From an uncultured delta proteobacterium (lineage in GTDB: Bacteria > Desulfobacterota > Binatia > UBA9968), in assembly GCA_963771465.1 (NCBI GenBank), contig CAVYTU010000015.1, positions 1,056,001 through 1,120,000 on the forward strand: DNA of 64,000 nucleotides, written 5' to 3'. Numbering within the stretch: position 1 is the stretch's first letter; each line of letters opens with the position of its first letter. This document shows positions 9,585 to 19,570 of this stretch, piece by piece. The translations under genes were made by a program, and so were the position numbers. The notes beneath the pieces were generated by a model, which saw nothing but the letters and a program-made list of their open reading frames with translations, searched no databases and was not told the origin of the DNA.

Positions 9585-11633
9585 TCAACTCCAGTAACGA
9601 ACTTTGACGTAAATGGCCAATGCCATCGCCATCAGAATGCCGTAGAGATAGCTATTGATGTTGCCGGTCTGCACCCGGCGAACCTTGTTGCCGACCCAAA
9701 AAGTGAAGTTGGCCACCGCATTGACGATGCCATCAATGATGTAGGCGTCGAACAAACCGTTCAGCCAGGACGCGAAACGCGTCAGAGCCGCGGCGCCATT
9801 GACGATGCCGTCGACGATGTAGGCGTCGAATGCCGACCAGAAGCGCGCTAGAACCAATGTCCCGTTGACGAACACCGCTTGATAAAACTCGTCAAAATAC
9901 CACTTACGGTCGAAGACTCGATAGAAGAAACCGCCGGCGAGATTGCTAAATAGCTCTGGCGAGAGCGACTCGCGCCGATACATGAGATAGGCGAGGAAGA
10001 CGCCGAACGCCGCGACGGTCACCGAAACCGCCATCAGGCCCCATTCCATCGCATGCGACGCGTGCCCTTCTGCGTGGGCGTGAATCACCGGCTCGAGCCA
10101 ATGCGCAAATTGGCTGCCGCCGAGCACGCCGGGCAAACCGATCAAGCCAGCGAAGATCGCGCCGATAGCCAGAATCACCAGCGGCATCGTCATCACTGAC
10201 GGCGACTCATGCAAATGTTCTTGGGTGTGATGGTCGGCGCGGCACTTGCCGTAAAAAGTCATGAACAATTGGCGAAACATATAAAACGCCGTCATGCCCG
10301 CGCCGCACAGCGCCAAAAACCACACGAGCTTGTTGCCGTGCTCACTGGTGAACGCCAGCCAAAGAATTTCATCCTTGGAGAAAAAACCGGCGAATGGCGG
10401 AAAGCCGGCGATGGCGAGCACGGAAATGAAAAACGTAGAGAAGGTCAACGGCATCCACTGCTTGAGTCCGCCCATTTTGCGCATGTCCTGTTCATGATGC
10501 ATGGCGTGGATCACGCTGCCGGCGCCGAGGAAGAGACAAGCTTTGAAGAATGCGTGGGTCATTAAGTGAAACACAGCCGCAGCGTAACCGCCAACGCCGA
10601 TCCCGATGAACATGTAGCCGAGTTGGCTGACGGTGGAGTAAGCGAGAACTTTTTTGATATCGTTCTGCGTCAGCGCGATGGTCGCCGCCAGTAACGCGGT
10701 GGCAACACCCACGAATGCGATGAGATGCATTGTCGCCGGCGCCATGGAGAAGAAAACATTCATGCGCGCCGTCATATAAACGCCGGCAGTAACCATGGTC
10801 GCCGCATGGATGAGCGCGCTGACGGGCGTCGGGCCGGCCATGGCGTCGGGCAGCCAAACGAAAAGCGGAATCTGCGCCGACTTGCCAGTCGCGCCGACAA
10901 AAAGGAAAAGCGTCGCCAGGGTGACAACTGAATAACCCCAAAGGGTCATGTTCTGAATCGACGGCGCCCACTTGACCATCTCGCGGAACGTCAAAGAGCC
11001 GTGTCCCTGGGCATCGAGCGACCAGAACAGCAGAAACATGCCGAGCACGAAACCGAAGTCGCCGACCCGGTTGACGATGAAAGCTTTGTTGCCGGCGCGC
11101 GCGTTGGCGTGATCATGATACCAAAAGCCGATCAGAGCGTAGGAACACAAACCGACGCCTTCCCAACCGACGAAGAGCACGAGCAAGCTATCGCCCAACA
11201 CCAGCGTCAGCATCGCCGCGGTGAAGAGATTTAAATACGCGAAGAAGCGCCAGAAGGCTTTGTCGTCATGCATGTAGCCGGTGGCGTAGATATGAATCAA
11301 CCCGCCGATGCCGGTGACGACGAGAATCATCACCGCCGATAAGGGATCGATCAAGAATGCCATGTCGACTTTGAGCGAGCCGAGATGGATCCACGTGTAA
11401 AGATTATCGATCAGGAAGCGCTTTTCCGGCGCGAGATTTTTAAGTATGAGCAACGCATTGAGCGAAAGTCCGAACGCGACGATCACCGGCGCACAGGCAA
11501 TCACGCCGATGGCGCCTTTGCCCATGCTTTTTTGAATTTTTGCGCCGAGCAATCCATTGATGATCGCGCCAAGCAGCGGCAAGAACACGATCCAACGGAT
11601 AAAATCTGTCTGTATCGGACTTTCCATCAACAA
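9585..11633 (-). CDS. nuoL: NADH-quinone oxidoreductase subunit L
   Basis: GKSAQIPLFVWLPDAMAGPTPVSALIHAATMVTAG, HAFFKACLFL. Confidence 0.96.
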   Translation of the reverse strand: MLMESPIQTDFIRWIVFLPLLGAIINGLLGAKIQKSMGKGAIGVIACAPVIVAFGLSLNALLILKNLAPEKRFLIDNLYTWIHLGSLKVDMAFLIDPLSAVMILVVTGIGGLIHIYATGYMHDDKAFWRFFAYLNLFTAAMLTLVLGDSLLVLFVGWEGVGLCSYALIGFWYHDHANARAGNKAFIVNRVGDFGFVLGMFLLFWSLDAQGHGSLTFREMVKWAPSIQNMTLWGYSVVTLATLFLFVGATGKSAQIPLFVWLPDAMAGPTPVSALIHAATMVTAGVYMTARMNVFFSMAPATMHLIAFVGVATALLAATIALTQNDIKKVLAYSTVSQLGYMFIGIGVGGYAAAVFHLMTHAFFKACLFLGAGSVIHAMHHEQDMRKMGGLKQWMPLTFSTFFISVLAIAGFPPFAGFFSKDEILWLAFTSEHGNKLVWFLALCGAGMTAFYMFRQLFMTFYGKCRADHHTQEHLHESPSVMTMPLVILAIGAIFAGLIGLPGVLGGSQFAHWLEPVIHAHAEGHASHAMEWGLMAVSVTVAAFGVFLAYLMYRRESLSPELFSNLAGGFFYRVFDRKWYFDEFYQAVFVNGTLVLARFWSAFDAYIVDGIVNGAAALTRFASWLNGLFDAYIIDGIVNAVANFTFWVGNKVRRVQTGNINSYLYGILMAMALAIYVKVRYWS

Positions 11634-11664
11634 GCCTTGAACTTTTGGACCCTTGAACCTTGAA

Positions 11665-11976
11665 TTAGTCTTTTAATGTTTCCGCCGCTTCGACATCGAT
11701 GGTGTGGAAGAGCTGGAAAATCGCCAAGACGATCGCCAAGCCCACCGCAGCCTCCGCCGCCGCCAACATGATGACGAAGATCGCGTAAATTTGACCGGCA
11801 TGATTGCCGCTGCCGAAATGGGAAAACGCGACGTAATTAATATTGGCGCTGTTGAGAATCAGCTCGACGCCCATCAGCACGCTGATGGCGTTACGCCGGG
11901 TCAGCACCGTGAACATACCCAGTGAAAAAAGAATCGCGCCGATGATGAGATAGGAAGAGAGCTCGTTGGGCGACAT
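11665..11976 (-). CDS. nuoK: NADH-quinone oxidoreductase subunit K
   Basis: RRNAISVLMGVELILNSAN, AAAEAAVGLAI. Confidence 0.95.
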   Translation of the reverse strand: MSPNELSSYLIIGAILFSLGMFTVLTRRNAISVLMGVELILNSANINYVAFSHFGSGNHAGQIYAIFVIMLAAAEAAVGLAIVLAIFQLFHTIDVEAAETLKD

Positions 11977-11978
11977 GA

Positions 11979-12479
11979 CTACTCTTTGATCTCCTTGCGC
12001 GACAGCACCACGGCGCCGATCATGGCACCCAGCAACACCAACGAGGCGAGCTCGAAGGGCAAAAGATACTCGTACAAAAACGAATCGCCGATTTTGGCGG
12101 TGGTGGCGGCATAGACGACTTCCTTGGCTTTAACCCAAGGCGTCTCTCTTATCGTCTGAATCAGCAGATAAATAAACACGCCGATCACCAGTAACGCCGG
12201 CACTGTTCCCGCGGCGCGATTGGTGATCTCGACATCGGTGATCCGGTGCGTCAGCATGACCGCGAACAGAATCAAAACCAGAATGCCGCCGACGTAGATC
12301 AGCAGCTGCACCGCGGCGACAAAATCGGCGCCGAGAAAAACATAGATGCCGGCCACGCCCATGAACGTTCCCAGGAGCGAAAACGCCGAGTAAATGATGT
12401 TGCGCGAGAACGCCACCATGCCGGCGGAAACCACCGTGACGAGACAGATTAGATAAAAAACCGCCGTCGAGACATCCAT
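11979..12479 (-). CDS. nuoJ: NADH-quinone oxidoreductase subunit J
   Basis: QLLIYVGGILVLILFAVML, LPFELASLVLL. Confidence 0.95.
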   Translation of the reverse strand: MDVSTAVFYLICLVTVVSAGMVAFSRNIIYSAFSLLGTFMGVAGIYVFLGADFVAAVQLLIYVGGILVLILFAVMLTHRITDVEITNRAAGTVPALLVIGVFIYLLIQTIRETPWVKAKEVVYAATTAKIGDSFLYEYLLPFELASLVLLGAMIGAVVLSRKEIKE

Positions 12480-12598
12480 AACTTTCTCTAGTTTGTGGGA
12501 TCGCGGAAAAAGAAAACTTTTGGATCAAATACCGGAAGATCCAAAATGGATCAAGAGGCGTGGCTATTCAATCGCCGGTCGCCCCTCATCAGGTGTGC

Positions 12599-13156
12599 CT
12601 ATTTCTCCTCGGCCGCCCCTCCATCCGGCGTGGCGAACTCATCCATGTACGCCTGGCCGATTTCCACCTTGGTGATCAACTTTGGCTCGGTTTCGCCGCC
12701 CTTCTTGGGTTTGTACAGATTCGCCGCCTGCGGCGCGAAGTGGCGCACCAGCCCGGCGGGATTGTAGCTCGCTCCTTCGAATTCCGTGGAATGGCGGATC
12801 GCGCCGGTCGGGCAAGACTCGGAACAGATGCCGCAGTACATGCACTTGCAGACATCGATATCGAAGTGGGTAAAGTAGCGCTGTTTGGTCTCCTTGTTCA
12901 TGTCGATGCCGATGGTGATGCAGGTGATCGGACAATCGCGTTCACACGCCAAGCAGCCGGTGCAGATGTCTAAATCGACTTCGAGGATACCACGGTAACG
13001 ATGCGGCAGAGTCTCTTGGATCGGCACCGGAATCTTGTCCGGATACTGGATCGTCATCGGCCGGCGCATCAAATGTGAAAAGGTGATCGACATTCCCTCG
13101 AACGTTGACGACACCGTGTCTTTGATATCTCTTATGTAACTCGCAACAACTCCCAT
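12599..13156 (-). CDS. nuoI: NADH-quinone oxidoreductase subunit I (2x[4Fe-4S])
   Basis: TIQYP; CTGCLACERDCP and CMYCGICSESCP. Confidence 0.93.
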   Translation of the reverse strand: MGVVASYIRDIKDTVSSTFEGMSITFSHLMRRPMTIQYPDKIPVPIQETLPHRYRGILEVDLDICTGCLACERDCPITCITIGIDMNKETKQRYFTHFDIDVCKCMYCGICSESCPTGAIRHSTEFEGASYNPAGLVRHFAPQAANLYKPKKGGETEPKLITKVEIGQAYMDEFATPDGGAAEEK

Positions 13157-13169
13157 AGAACCTCAGCAA

Positions 13170-14357
13170 CTAAATATGCGGCCGCCAATAAAGCTCCGGC
13201 TTGGCAGCGCGAAACTGAAAACCGACCCGGCGAAAAAAATTAATCACCGTCGCAATTGCGAAGCCGAGCGTCAGCGCGCCGACAATACGCTGCCCTTGAT
13301 CCGATATGAACATGAAACCGATGGTGCCCAGCAGGCAAATGAACGACAGCGGCACCATGTACTTCCAGCAGAGCGACATCAGTTGATCGACGCGCACGCG
13401 CGGCAACGTTGCCCGTATCCACATGGCGACGAAGACCCAAAAGTAAGCTTTTAGAAAAAACGTCACAAACTGCAAAATCGCCAACAGCACCGGGTTGTCG
13501 GTCACCGGCGGCACTTGCCAGCCGCCCATGAACAGCGTCGTCGCTACCGCGCCGATGACATAAAGATTTCCCCATTCAGCGAAGAAGAAAAATAGAAAGC
13601 GCATGCCGCTGTATTCGGTAACATATCCTGCGACTAATTCGGACTCGGCTTCGGGAATGTCGAAAGGTGTGCGGTTGCCTTCCGCTAAGGCAGCGGTGAA
13701 AAAGAGAAAGAACGCGCAAAAAGTAAACGGATTGTGGAACATGAACCAATCCCACGGTCCCCAGCCCTGGGCTTTGATGATGCCCTGCATGCTCAGCGTG
13801 CCGGCGAGGAACACGATGGTGAGCACCGACAGTCCCGCGGGAATTTCGTAGCTGACGATTTGCGCCGCCGAGCGCATGCCGCCGAGCAGCGACCATTTGT
13901 TGTTGGACGACCAGCCGGCCATCAGAATGCCGACGACGACCAGCGACGTAACCGCCAGCAGATAGAGAATGCCGATGTTGAGATCGGCGACGATCAAGTC
14001 GGCTCCGAAAGGAATCACCACGAAGGCACAAAGAAAACCCATGAAGACGATATAGGGCGCCAGCGGAAATAGCTTTTGATCGGCGGCCGTCGGAATGATG
14101 TCTTCCTTCATGATGTTTTTGATGCCGTCGGCGAGCCACTGAAGAATTCCCTGCGGGCCGACGCGGTTTGGCCCGACGCGCGACTGCATGCGCGCCCAGA
14201 CGCGCCGTTCGAGCCAACTGGTCACGCCGGCCAACGGCGCGACGAAGACGGAAAGCACGACCACTGCGCTGAGGACCATGGCGATGGCGTAAACAACTTC
14301 TCTCGGCACGCCGGCGAAGGCGCCGTCTTTCATCATCTGGTCAAGTAAAGCTTGCAT
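13170..14357 (-). CDS. nuoH: NADH-quinone oxidoreductase subunit H
   Basis: ERRVWARMQSRVGPNRVGP, NRTPFDIPEAESELVAGY. Confidence 0.96.
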   Translation of the reverse strand: MQALLDQMMKDGAFAGVPREVVYAIAMVLSAVVVLSVFVAPLAGVTSWLERRVWARMQSRVGPNRVGPQGILQWLADGIKNIMKEDIIPTAADQKLFPLAPYIVFMGFLCAFVVIPFGADLIVADLNIGILYLLAVTSLVVVGILMAGWSSNNKWSLLGGMRSAAQIVSYEIPAGLSVLTIVFLAGTLSMQGIIKAQGWGPWDWFMFHNPFTFCAFFLFFTAALAEGNRTPFDIPEAESELVAGYVTEYSGMRFLFFFFAEWGNLYVIGAVATTLFMGGWQVPPVTDNPVLLAILQFVTFFLKAYFWVFVAMWIRATLPRVRVDQLMSLCWKYMVPLSFICLLGTIGFMFISDQGQRIVGALTLGFAIATVINFFRRVGFQFRAAKPELYWRPHI

Positions 14358-14376
14358 GATCGATTTCTAATTCTGG

Positions 14377-15513
14377 TTAACGGTCGATTTCCGGTGCGTC
14401 GACGTCGAGGCTGCCGATCAAGGCGATCAAATCGGCGACCATGATGCCCTTGCTGAGCTTGTCGATGATACTCATCGCCGTAAAGGAGCCGGTGCGGATG
14501 CGCACCCGGTAAGGATATTCACTGCCGTCGCTGACGACGTAAAAACCCATATCGCCGCGCGGTGCCTCGACTCGGGCGTAACATTCGCCCACCGGCGGTT
14601 TGAATTTTTTCGGCACTTTGGCGATGGCCGGCCCTTTGGGCAACATCTTGAGACACTGGTAGAGAATTTTTACGCTTTCTTGCATCTCGCGGATGCGCAC
14701 CCAAAAACGATCGTAGCTGTCGCCCAGCGTGCCCACCTGTGCCGTGCCGACGGGCACCTCAAAATCTAATTCGGGATAAATGGAATAAGGAATATCGCGC
14801 CGGATGTCCCACTTGATGCCCGAGCCGCGCAGATTAGGCCCAACTAAATTGTAAGACAGCGCATCTTCCTTACTGACCACAGCCACGCCGGCCAAGCGCT
14901 GGATGAAAATCTTGTTACCGGAGAGCAATCGGTTGAACTCTTCGACAATGGGCCCAAAATGATCCAGGAACTCGACGATCCTGGTCAAAGTGTCCGGCAG
15001 GATATCGTAGCCAACACCGCCGATGCGGATGTAGTTATAAGTCAGCCGGGCGCCGCAAATCTCTTCCATCAAATTATTGATCGACTCGCGCTCGCGCAAA
15101 GCGTGGACAAAGGGCGTCATCGCGCCGATGTCCTGACCGAACGTGCCAACGGAAATCAGATGGCTGGCCAGGCGATTGAGCTCGCAAGCGATTATGCGGC
15201 AAAATTCGCCGCGCCGGGACACTTCGGTGCCGGCCAATTTTTCCGCCGCCATGCAGAACGCCTGATTGGCGAACATCGCGGCAAGATAATCCGCCCGGTC
15301 GGTGTACGGCACGTAGCCGTGATAGGTAACCTTCTCGCCGATCTTTTCGATGGAGCGGTGCAGATAGCCGACGTCCGGGATCGCTTCGCTGATCACTTCG
15401 CCGTCGGTCTTGATGACGAAGCGCAAAACGCCGTGGGTCGACGGATGCTGCGGCCCGACGCTGATCGTCATCTCTTCGGTAAAGAAACCCTGTGCTGGAG
15501 CCGTTTCGCTCAT
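14377..15513 (-). CDS. nuoD: NADH-quinone oxidoreductase subunit D
   Basis: GPQHPSTHGVLR, GYLHRSIEK, C-terminal EIDR. Confidence 0.96.
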   Translation of the reverse strand: MSETAPAQGFFTEEMTISVGPQHPSTHGVLRFVIKTDGEVISEAIPDVGYLHRSIEKIGEKVTYHGYVPYTDRADYLAAMFANQAFCMAAEKLAGTEVSRRGEFCRIIACELNRLASHLISVGTFGQDIGAMTPFVHALRERESINNLMEEICGARLTYNYIRIGGVGYDILPDTLTRIVEFLDHFGPIVEEFNRLLSGNKIFIQRLAGVAVVSKEDALSYNLVGPNLRGSGIKWDIRRDIPYSIYPELDFEVPVGTAQVGTLGDSYDRFWVRIREMQESVKILYQCLKMLPKGPAIAKVPKKFKPPVGECYARVEAPRGDMGFYVVSDGSEYPYRVRIRTGSFTAMSIIDKLSKGIMVADLIALIGSLDVDAPEIDR

Positions 15514-15523
15514 GGCAATCCTA

Positions 15524-16030
15524 TTATCGCAACAACTTTTCTACTAACGGCGCGCGCTGGGTGCTGATGCCGTCGTACTCTTCCTGCTCGACGTAGTCTT
15601 TGCGCAGCGGAAATCCCACCCAATCTTCCGGCAACATGATGCGGCGCAAATCCGTATGGCCGTCGAAGATCACGCCGAACAGATCATAAACTTCGCGCTC
15701 GAACCAGTTCGCCACTTTCCAGATCTCTTCCAGGGTGGCGATTTTGGGATTATCCCGCGGCAAATCGACTTTCAGGACAATCTGATGATTTTGCGCATAA
15801 GAAAACAGATGGTAAACGACTTGGATCTTTTCTTCCTTAGGCCAATCGAGCGCGGTCAAGTCAGACAGCACTTCGAAACGATACCCAGGTGAATTGCGCA
15901 GGAAGCGGCAGATTTCGACAATCGCCGCGCTGTCGACGTTCAAACAAGGCTCCATCGCCTCGCCTTTGAAGTTGCCAACCTTGCCGGGAAAAAGTTTTTC
16001 CAGCGAGCCGTAGATTTCCTGGGCGTCCAT
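15524..16030 (-). CDS. nuoC: NADH-quinone oxidoreductase subunit C
   Basis: ANWFEREVYDLFGVIFDGHTDLRRI, FPLRKDY. Confidence 0.95.
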   Translation of the reverse strand: MDAQEIYGSLEKLFPGKVGNFKGEAMEPCLNVDSAAIVEICRFLRNSPGYRFEVLSDLTALDWPKEEKIQVVYHLFSYAQNHQIVLKVDLPRDNPKIATLEEIWKVANWFEREVYDLFGVIFDGHTDLRRIMLPEDWVGFPLRKDYVEQEEYDGISTQRAPLVEKLLR

Positions 16031-16045
16031 CGTCGCTAATTTTTC

Positions 16046-16552
16046 TTAAGCCTCGGCCGAACTCGCCGCGCGCGGTTTTACCAGCCAGCGTTCACGCATG
16101 ATTTTGTCTTGGATTCTGAGCAACCCTTCGGTCAATGCCTCGGGCCGCGGCGGGCAGCCGGGTACGTACACATCGACGGGGACGATTTTGTCGACACCTT
16201 TGCAGACTGAATAGGCGAGCTGAAACAAGCCGCCGCAGTTGGAACAACTTCCCATGGAGATAACGTATTTGGGGTCAGGCATTTGGTCGTAGAGCAGCTT
16301 GGTGCGTTTGGCCATTTTGTAAGTCAACGTGCCGGCGACGATCATCAAATCGGATTGGCGCGGGGTCGCCCGCGGCACGGCGCCAAAACGGTCCACATCG
16401 GCGCGCGGCCCGCCGGTTTGCATCAATTCAATGGCGCAGCAAGCCAGACCGAAAAGCATGTACCATTGGGAAGAGGCACGCCCCCAATTGAGCAGTTCGT
16501 CGACCTTTGTCGTGAAAACGGTTTCAGGCAGTGAATTGATTAATGGTTTCAT
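16046..16552 (-). CDS. nuoB: NADH-quinone oxidoreductase subunit B
   Basis: [32 protein letters not shown]. Confidence 0.96.
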   Translation of the reverse strand: MKPLINSLPETVFTTKVDELLNWGRASSQWYMLFGLACCAIELMQTGGPRADVDRFGAVPRATPRQSDLMIVAGTLTYKMAKRTKLLYDQMPDPKYVISMGSCSNCGGLFQLAYSVCKGVDKIVPVDVYVPGCPPRPEALTEGLLRIQDKIMRERWLVKPRAASSAEA

Positions 16553-16577
16553 GGCATTCCTCCAAAAGTCCCCTATA

Positions 16578-16964
16578 TCAGGGTTGGACCTTCTTCACCC
16601 AGTCCAAATCGCCCTTGGTCCAGGCATAAATTAAACCAAGAAAAAGAATGCCGATAAAGAGCAGAACCTCAATGAGAGCATACACACCGACGCCGCCTTC
16701 AACCCAGCGCCGGAACACCGCAGCGACGGGGAAAATGAAAGCGATTTCAACCTCGAAAATGATAAAAATCAGGGCGACCAAATAGAAACGAATGTTGAAA
16801 TTGACCCAGGCGCTGCCGGTAGACGGCTCGCCGCACTCATAAGTCGACAGCTTGCGCGTCTGCGGATTGGCCGGCCTGAGCAACTTGCCGATCAGCAGAT
16901 TGACACCGACGAATCCAAGCCCTAATGCCGTAAATACTAGGACATTAGCAAAATCAAATAGCAT
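16578..16964 (-). CDS. nuoA: NADH-quinone oxidoreductase subunit A
   Basis: [25 protein letters not shown]. Confidence 0.95.
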   Translation of the reverse strand: MLFDFANVLVFTALGLGFVGVNLLIGKLLRPANPQTRKLSTYECGEPSTGSAWVNFNIRFYLVALIFIIFEVEIAFIFPVAAVFRRWVEGGVGVYALIEVLLFIGILFLGLIYAWTKGDLDWVKKVQP

Positions 16965-17377
16965 CGTAAGTTTCCGTAGTTACACAAGAAGAAAGGCTAC
17001 AATCACTAATAATCACAAATGCTCCGGAGAATCAACCAGCACTGGAAGCGTCAATCGCTGCAAAAAGTTTGCAATCCGCTGATTTTTGCCGAGAGTCGAT
17101 ACCCGGTCCTTCTTCCGGGTATCTGCGCGAGCAGCGCGATATTTCTTTTCGAGACTGTCTAGTACTGGACAGCAAGCCCTACCGAGTCAGCGTAGCCTAA
17201 GCGATCTTTGTCGGTCTCGGTCGATGGGATGTAGTGGTTCATTCTCCTGGGGACGCGCCACAGGCAAGCGAACAGTTTCACAGAGACATGACCTTATTAA
17301 CAACGCGGCATGATGCCGCACAACCATACGAGTCAACCGCTTGGCGGTTCGCCTCGGTGAAGGAAAGGAGCACGGTT

Positions 17378-18058
17378 ATGAGTGGAAAAACCGACCAGAT
17401 CAAAGGGCGGATCAAAGAGGCAGCAAGTGCGCTATCCATTGTGACAGGAGGACAGACGACGAAACGAAGACTACTAGTGTCGCTGCTCCCGCTCTGCGCG
17501 GGGCTGTTGGTGGCGGTAGCGTGCACGGGGCCAGCCGGTCCAGCGGGTCCGACGGGGATGACGGGGCGCCAGGGTTCTACCGGGATGACCGGCGTACAGG
17601 GCTCTACCGGCATGACCGGCGTGCAGGGCTCGACTGGGATGACAGGCGTACAGGGCCCGACAGGAAGCACCGGGGCCCAGGGCGCGCCAGCGTCGTCGCC
17701 GCAGCCGGGGGCTCCCTGGATGTTGGTGAAGGAGTTCATGTTTGACTATGACAGGCCGGACATCCGGTATTCGGAGTCGAGAAAGCCCGGCGAAATTGCG
17801 GCCTACTTGAGCCAGTATCCGTCCGTACGGTTCGGGATCGCCGGCTACACGGATAGGCAGAGCACCGATCAGTACAATCTGCCGCTGAGCCAGCGCCGGG
17901 TCGAGAACGTTCGTGACGCGCTGATTCAGGCGGGGGTGCCGGCGGACCGGATTGAGACCGGCACGTTCGGTACGGATCGGTTCATGTGTAATTCGTCCAG
18001 CGAGCAGTGCCCACGGCGCGAGGGGCGAGTCGAAGTGCTGGCCCGCGCCAGCTACTAG
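17378..18058 (+). CDS. OmpA-family lipoprotein with collagen-like repeat, preceded in frame by a CsbD-like N-terminal fragment
   Basis: AGGAG RBS and ATG at 17378; lipobox VAVAC (Cys 17522); 18 Gly-X-Y triplets; OmpA_C motifs [31 protein letters not shown]. Confidence 0.8.
   Translation: MSGKTDQIKGRIKEAASALSIVTGGQTTKRRLLVSLLPLCAGLLVAVACTGPAGPAGPTGMTGRQGSTGMTGVQGSTGMTGVQGSTGMTGVQGPTGSTGAQGAPASSPQPGAPWMLVKEFMFDYDRPDIRYSESRKPGEIAAYLSQYPSVRFGIAGYTDRQSTDQYNLPLSQRRVENVRDALIQAGVPADRIETGTFGTDRFMCNSSSEQCPRREGRVEVLARASY
17528..17689 (+). repeat. collagen-like (Gly-X-Y)18 repeat including a 27-nt GMTGVQGST unit repeated about 3-4 times
   Basis: [54 protein letters not shown]. Confidence 0.9.
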
Positions 18059-18564
18059 CACACGCGGTCAGGGGATCTCCTTCGCGTACAGGACGCGAAG
18101 GAGATCCGCCGAGGTTGCCAGGTTTCATAGGCCAAGGACCACCAGGCGTCATTGCTGCCGCGCCGATAGACATAGGGAAGATGATTGGTGCCAGTCGCGA
18201 TTGATAGTCGGAGGGCAGAGCTTTGGGCTCTGAGAGTAAGCTAATAATCTGCGCGTCAGTCAACGCAATTACCATCAGAGTTTCCGATGTCTATTTCTTC
18301 AAGCGCGCGCCTGTTCACCTTTCGCATAAAAATCGAAGATCGATGATTGTTATGCTGGCCTCGTTGCGGCGCAATCCGTGCGCTCGGCCTGGGGTTCTAA
18401 TTTTCATTGGAGCACTAGCACGGTCGCATTCCCGTGCAAGTCGGCCGTCGTCAGCGCTCTGCTTGGCTATCCTGTAGTTGCCCTCCAGTAATATTTTGTC
18501 TACAGTCGGTCACGTTTGCCGTGTCGCGCGGTCGATGGCAAGTTGATCGCTGCGCCATACAGAA

Positions 18565-19557
18565 ATGAATCCAAAAAAACTTTTTTCCAGGGCGCAGCAC
18601 TCACTATTTCACTGGTTTTGTTTTGTTTTTTTACTTCTAAAACTTTTACTCATTGAATCCGCTGTCCAAGGTCAAACGAGAGCAACTCCCGTGCGCACCG
18701 CTTACAGCGCGCTCTCGGCCGGCATCGGCACGCTCTGGCTAACCCAAGAGGAAGGATATTTTCGAAAACATGGCCTGGAGTCGAATCTAATTTACATCCG
18801 CGGCGGCACTACCGCAGTGCAGGCGCTCCTTGCTGGCGAAATTCAGTTCGGCCACCTCTCGCCGGCGCCGATGATGACCGCTTGGGCGCAAGGTGCTGAC
18901 TTCGTCTGGGTCGGCACCACGACGCATCAGATGGTTTTTACCCTGCTCGTCGAGCAAAACATCACCAAGGGTATCGACCTCAAAGGCAAGAAAATCGGCA
19001 TCACCCGGCTAGGCTCCGCCAGCGAGCTCGCCGTGCGAATGGCGCTCGAACAGTTTGGCTTGAGCGCCAAAGACGTGACGATGCTGTCGCTGGGAGGAAT
19101 TCCCGAAATCCTCGCCGCCATGCGCGCCGGCGCGGTCAACGGCGGCATTCTCTCGCCGCCGACCTCAACCGCCGCGCGCGATATGGGCTACCGGTCGCTA
19201 CTGCATATTCCTGACCTTGGTAGAGAATTTACCTTCTCCGGCATCGCGGCGAGACGCTCTTTCGTGCAAAGCCAACCTGAAGTTGTGCGCGCCTACATGG
19301 CGTCGCTCACCGATGGGGCCAAAGTGTATAAGGAAGACAACCGTGTGGCGTTAAGAATTCTGCGCAAATACATGCGTGCCGACGATCGTACTCTTGAAAG
19401 CGGTTACAAAGAATACGACAAAGCAATCTCCAGCCCGCCTTATCCCGGCCTGGCCGGGCTCGAAGCCGTGCGCGAGAGTTTACTCGACTCGACGCCGCCA
19501 TTGAAAAATGTCGACTTGCGAAAATTCATCGACGACCGATTTGTCCGAGCCAGATAA
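18565..19557 (+). CDS. ABC transporter substrate-binding protein, NMT1/THI5/SsuA-like
   Basis: EEGYFRKHGLE, AVQALLAGEIQF, DLKGKKIGITRLGS. Confidence 0.88.
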   Translation: MNPKKLFSRAQHSLFHWFCFVFLLLKLLLIESAVQGQTRATPVRTAYSALSAGIGTLWLTQEEGYFRKHGLESNLIYIRGGTTAVQALLAGEIQFGHLSPAPMMTAWAQGADFVWVGTTTHQMVFTLLVEQNITKGIDLKGKKIGITRLGSASELAVRMALEQFGLSAKDVTMLSLGGIPEILAAMRAGAVNGGILSPPTSTAARDMGYRSLLHIPDLGREFTFSGIAARRSFVQSQPEVVRAYMASLTDGAKVYKEDNRVALRILRKYMRADDRTLESGYKEYDKAISSPPYPGLAGLEAVRESLLDSTPPLKNVDLRKFIDDRFVRAR

Positions 19558-19570
19558 GAAAGGTTGAACG

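Noticed and set aside
11635-11665. Short ccttgaa-type heptamer repeats between nuoK and nuoL, with similar units at 28510-28560
   Set aside because: Only a few degenerate units; no spacers or cas genes, so not CRISPR.
6692-16634. Many 60-210 aa overlapping or antisense ORFs within the nuo operon, and similar ones in the bio, radA and NRPS genes
   Set aside because: Shadow ORFs of GC-rich coding sequence; no motifs, and they overlap confident genes.
17234-17377. Longer N-terminus for the OmpA gene given in the ORF track
   Set aside because: No RBS at 17234, whereas a strong RBS precedes ATG 17378.
17474-18061. 195-aa antisense ORF with apparent repeats
   Set aside because: Mirror of the collagen-like repeat on the opposite strand.
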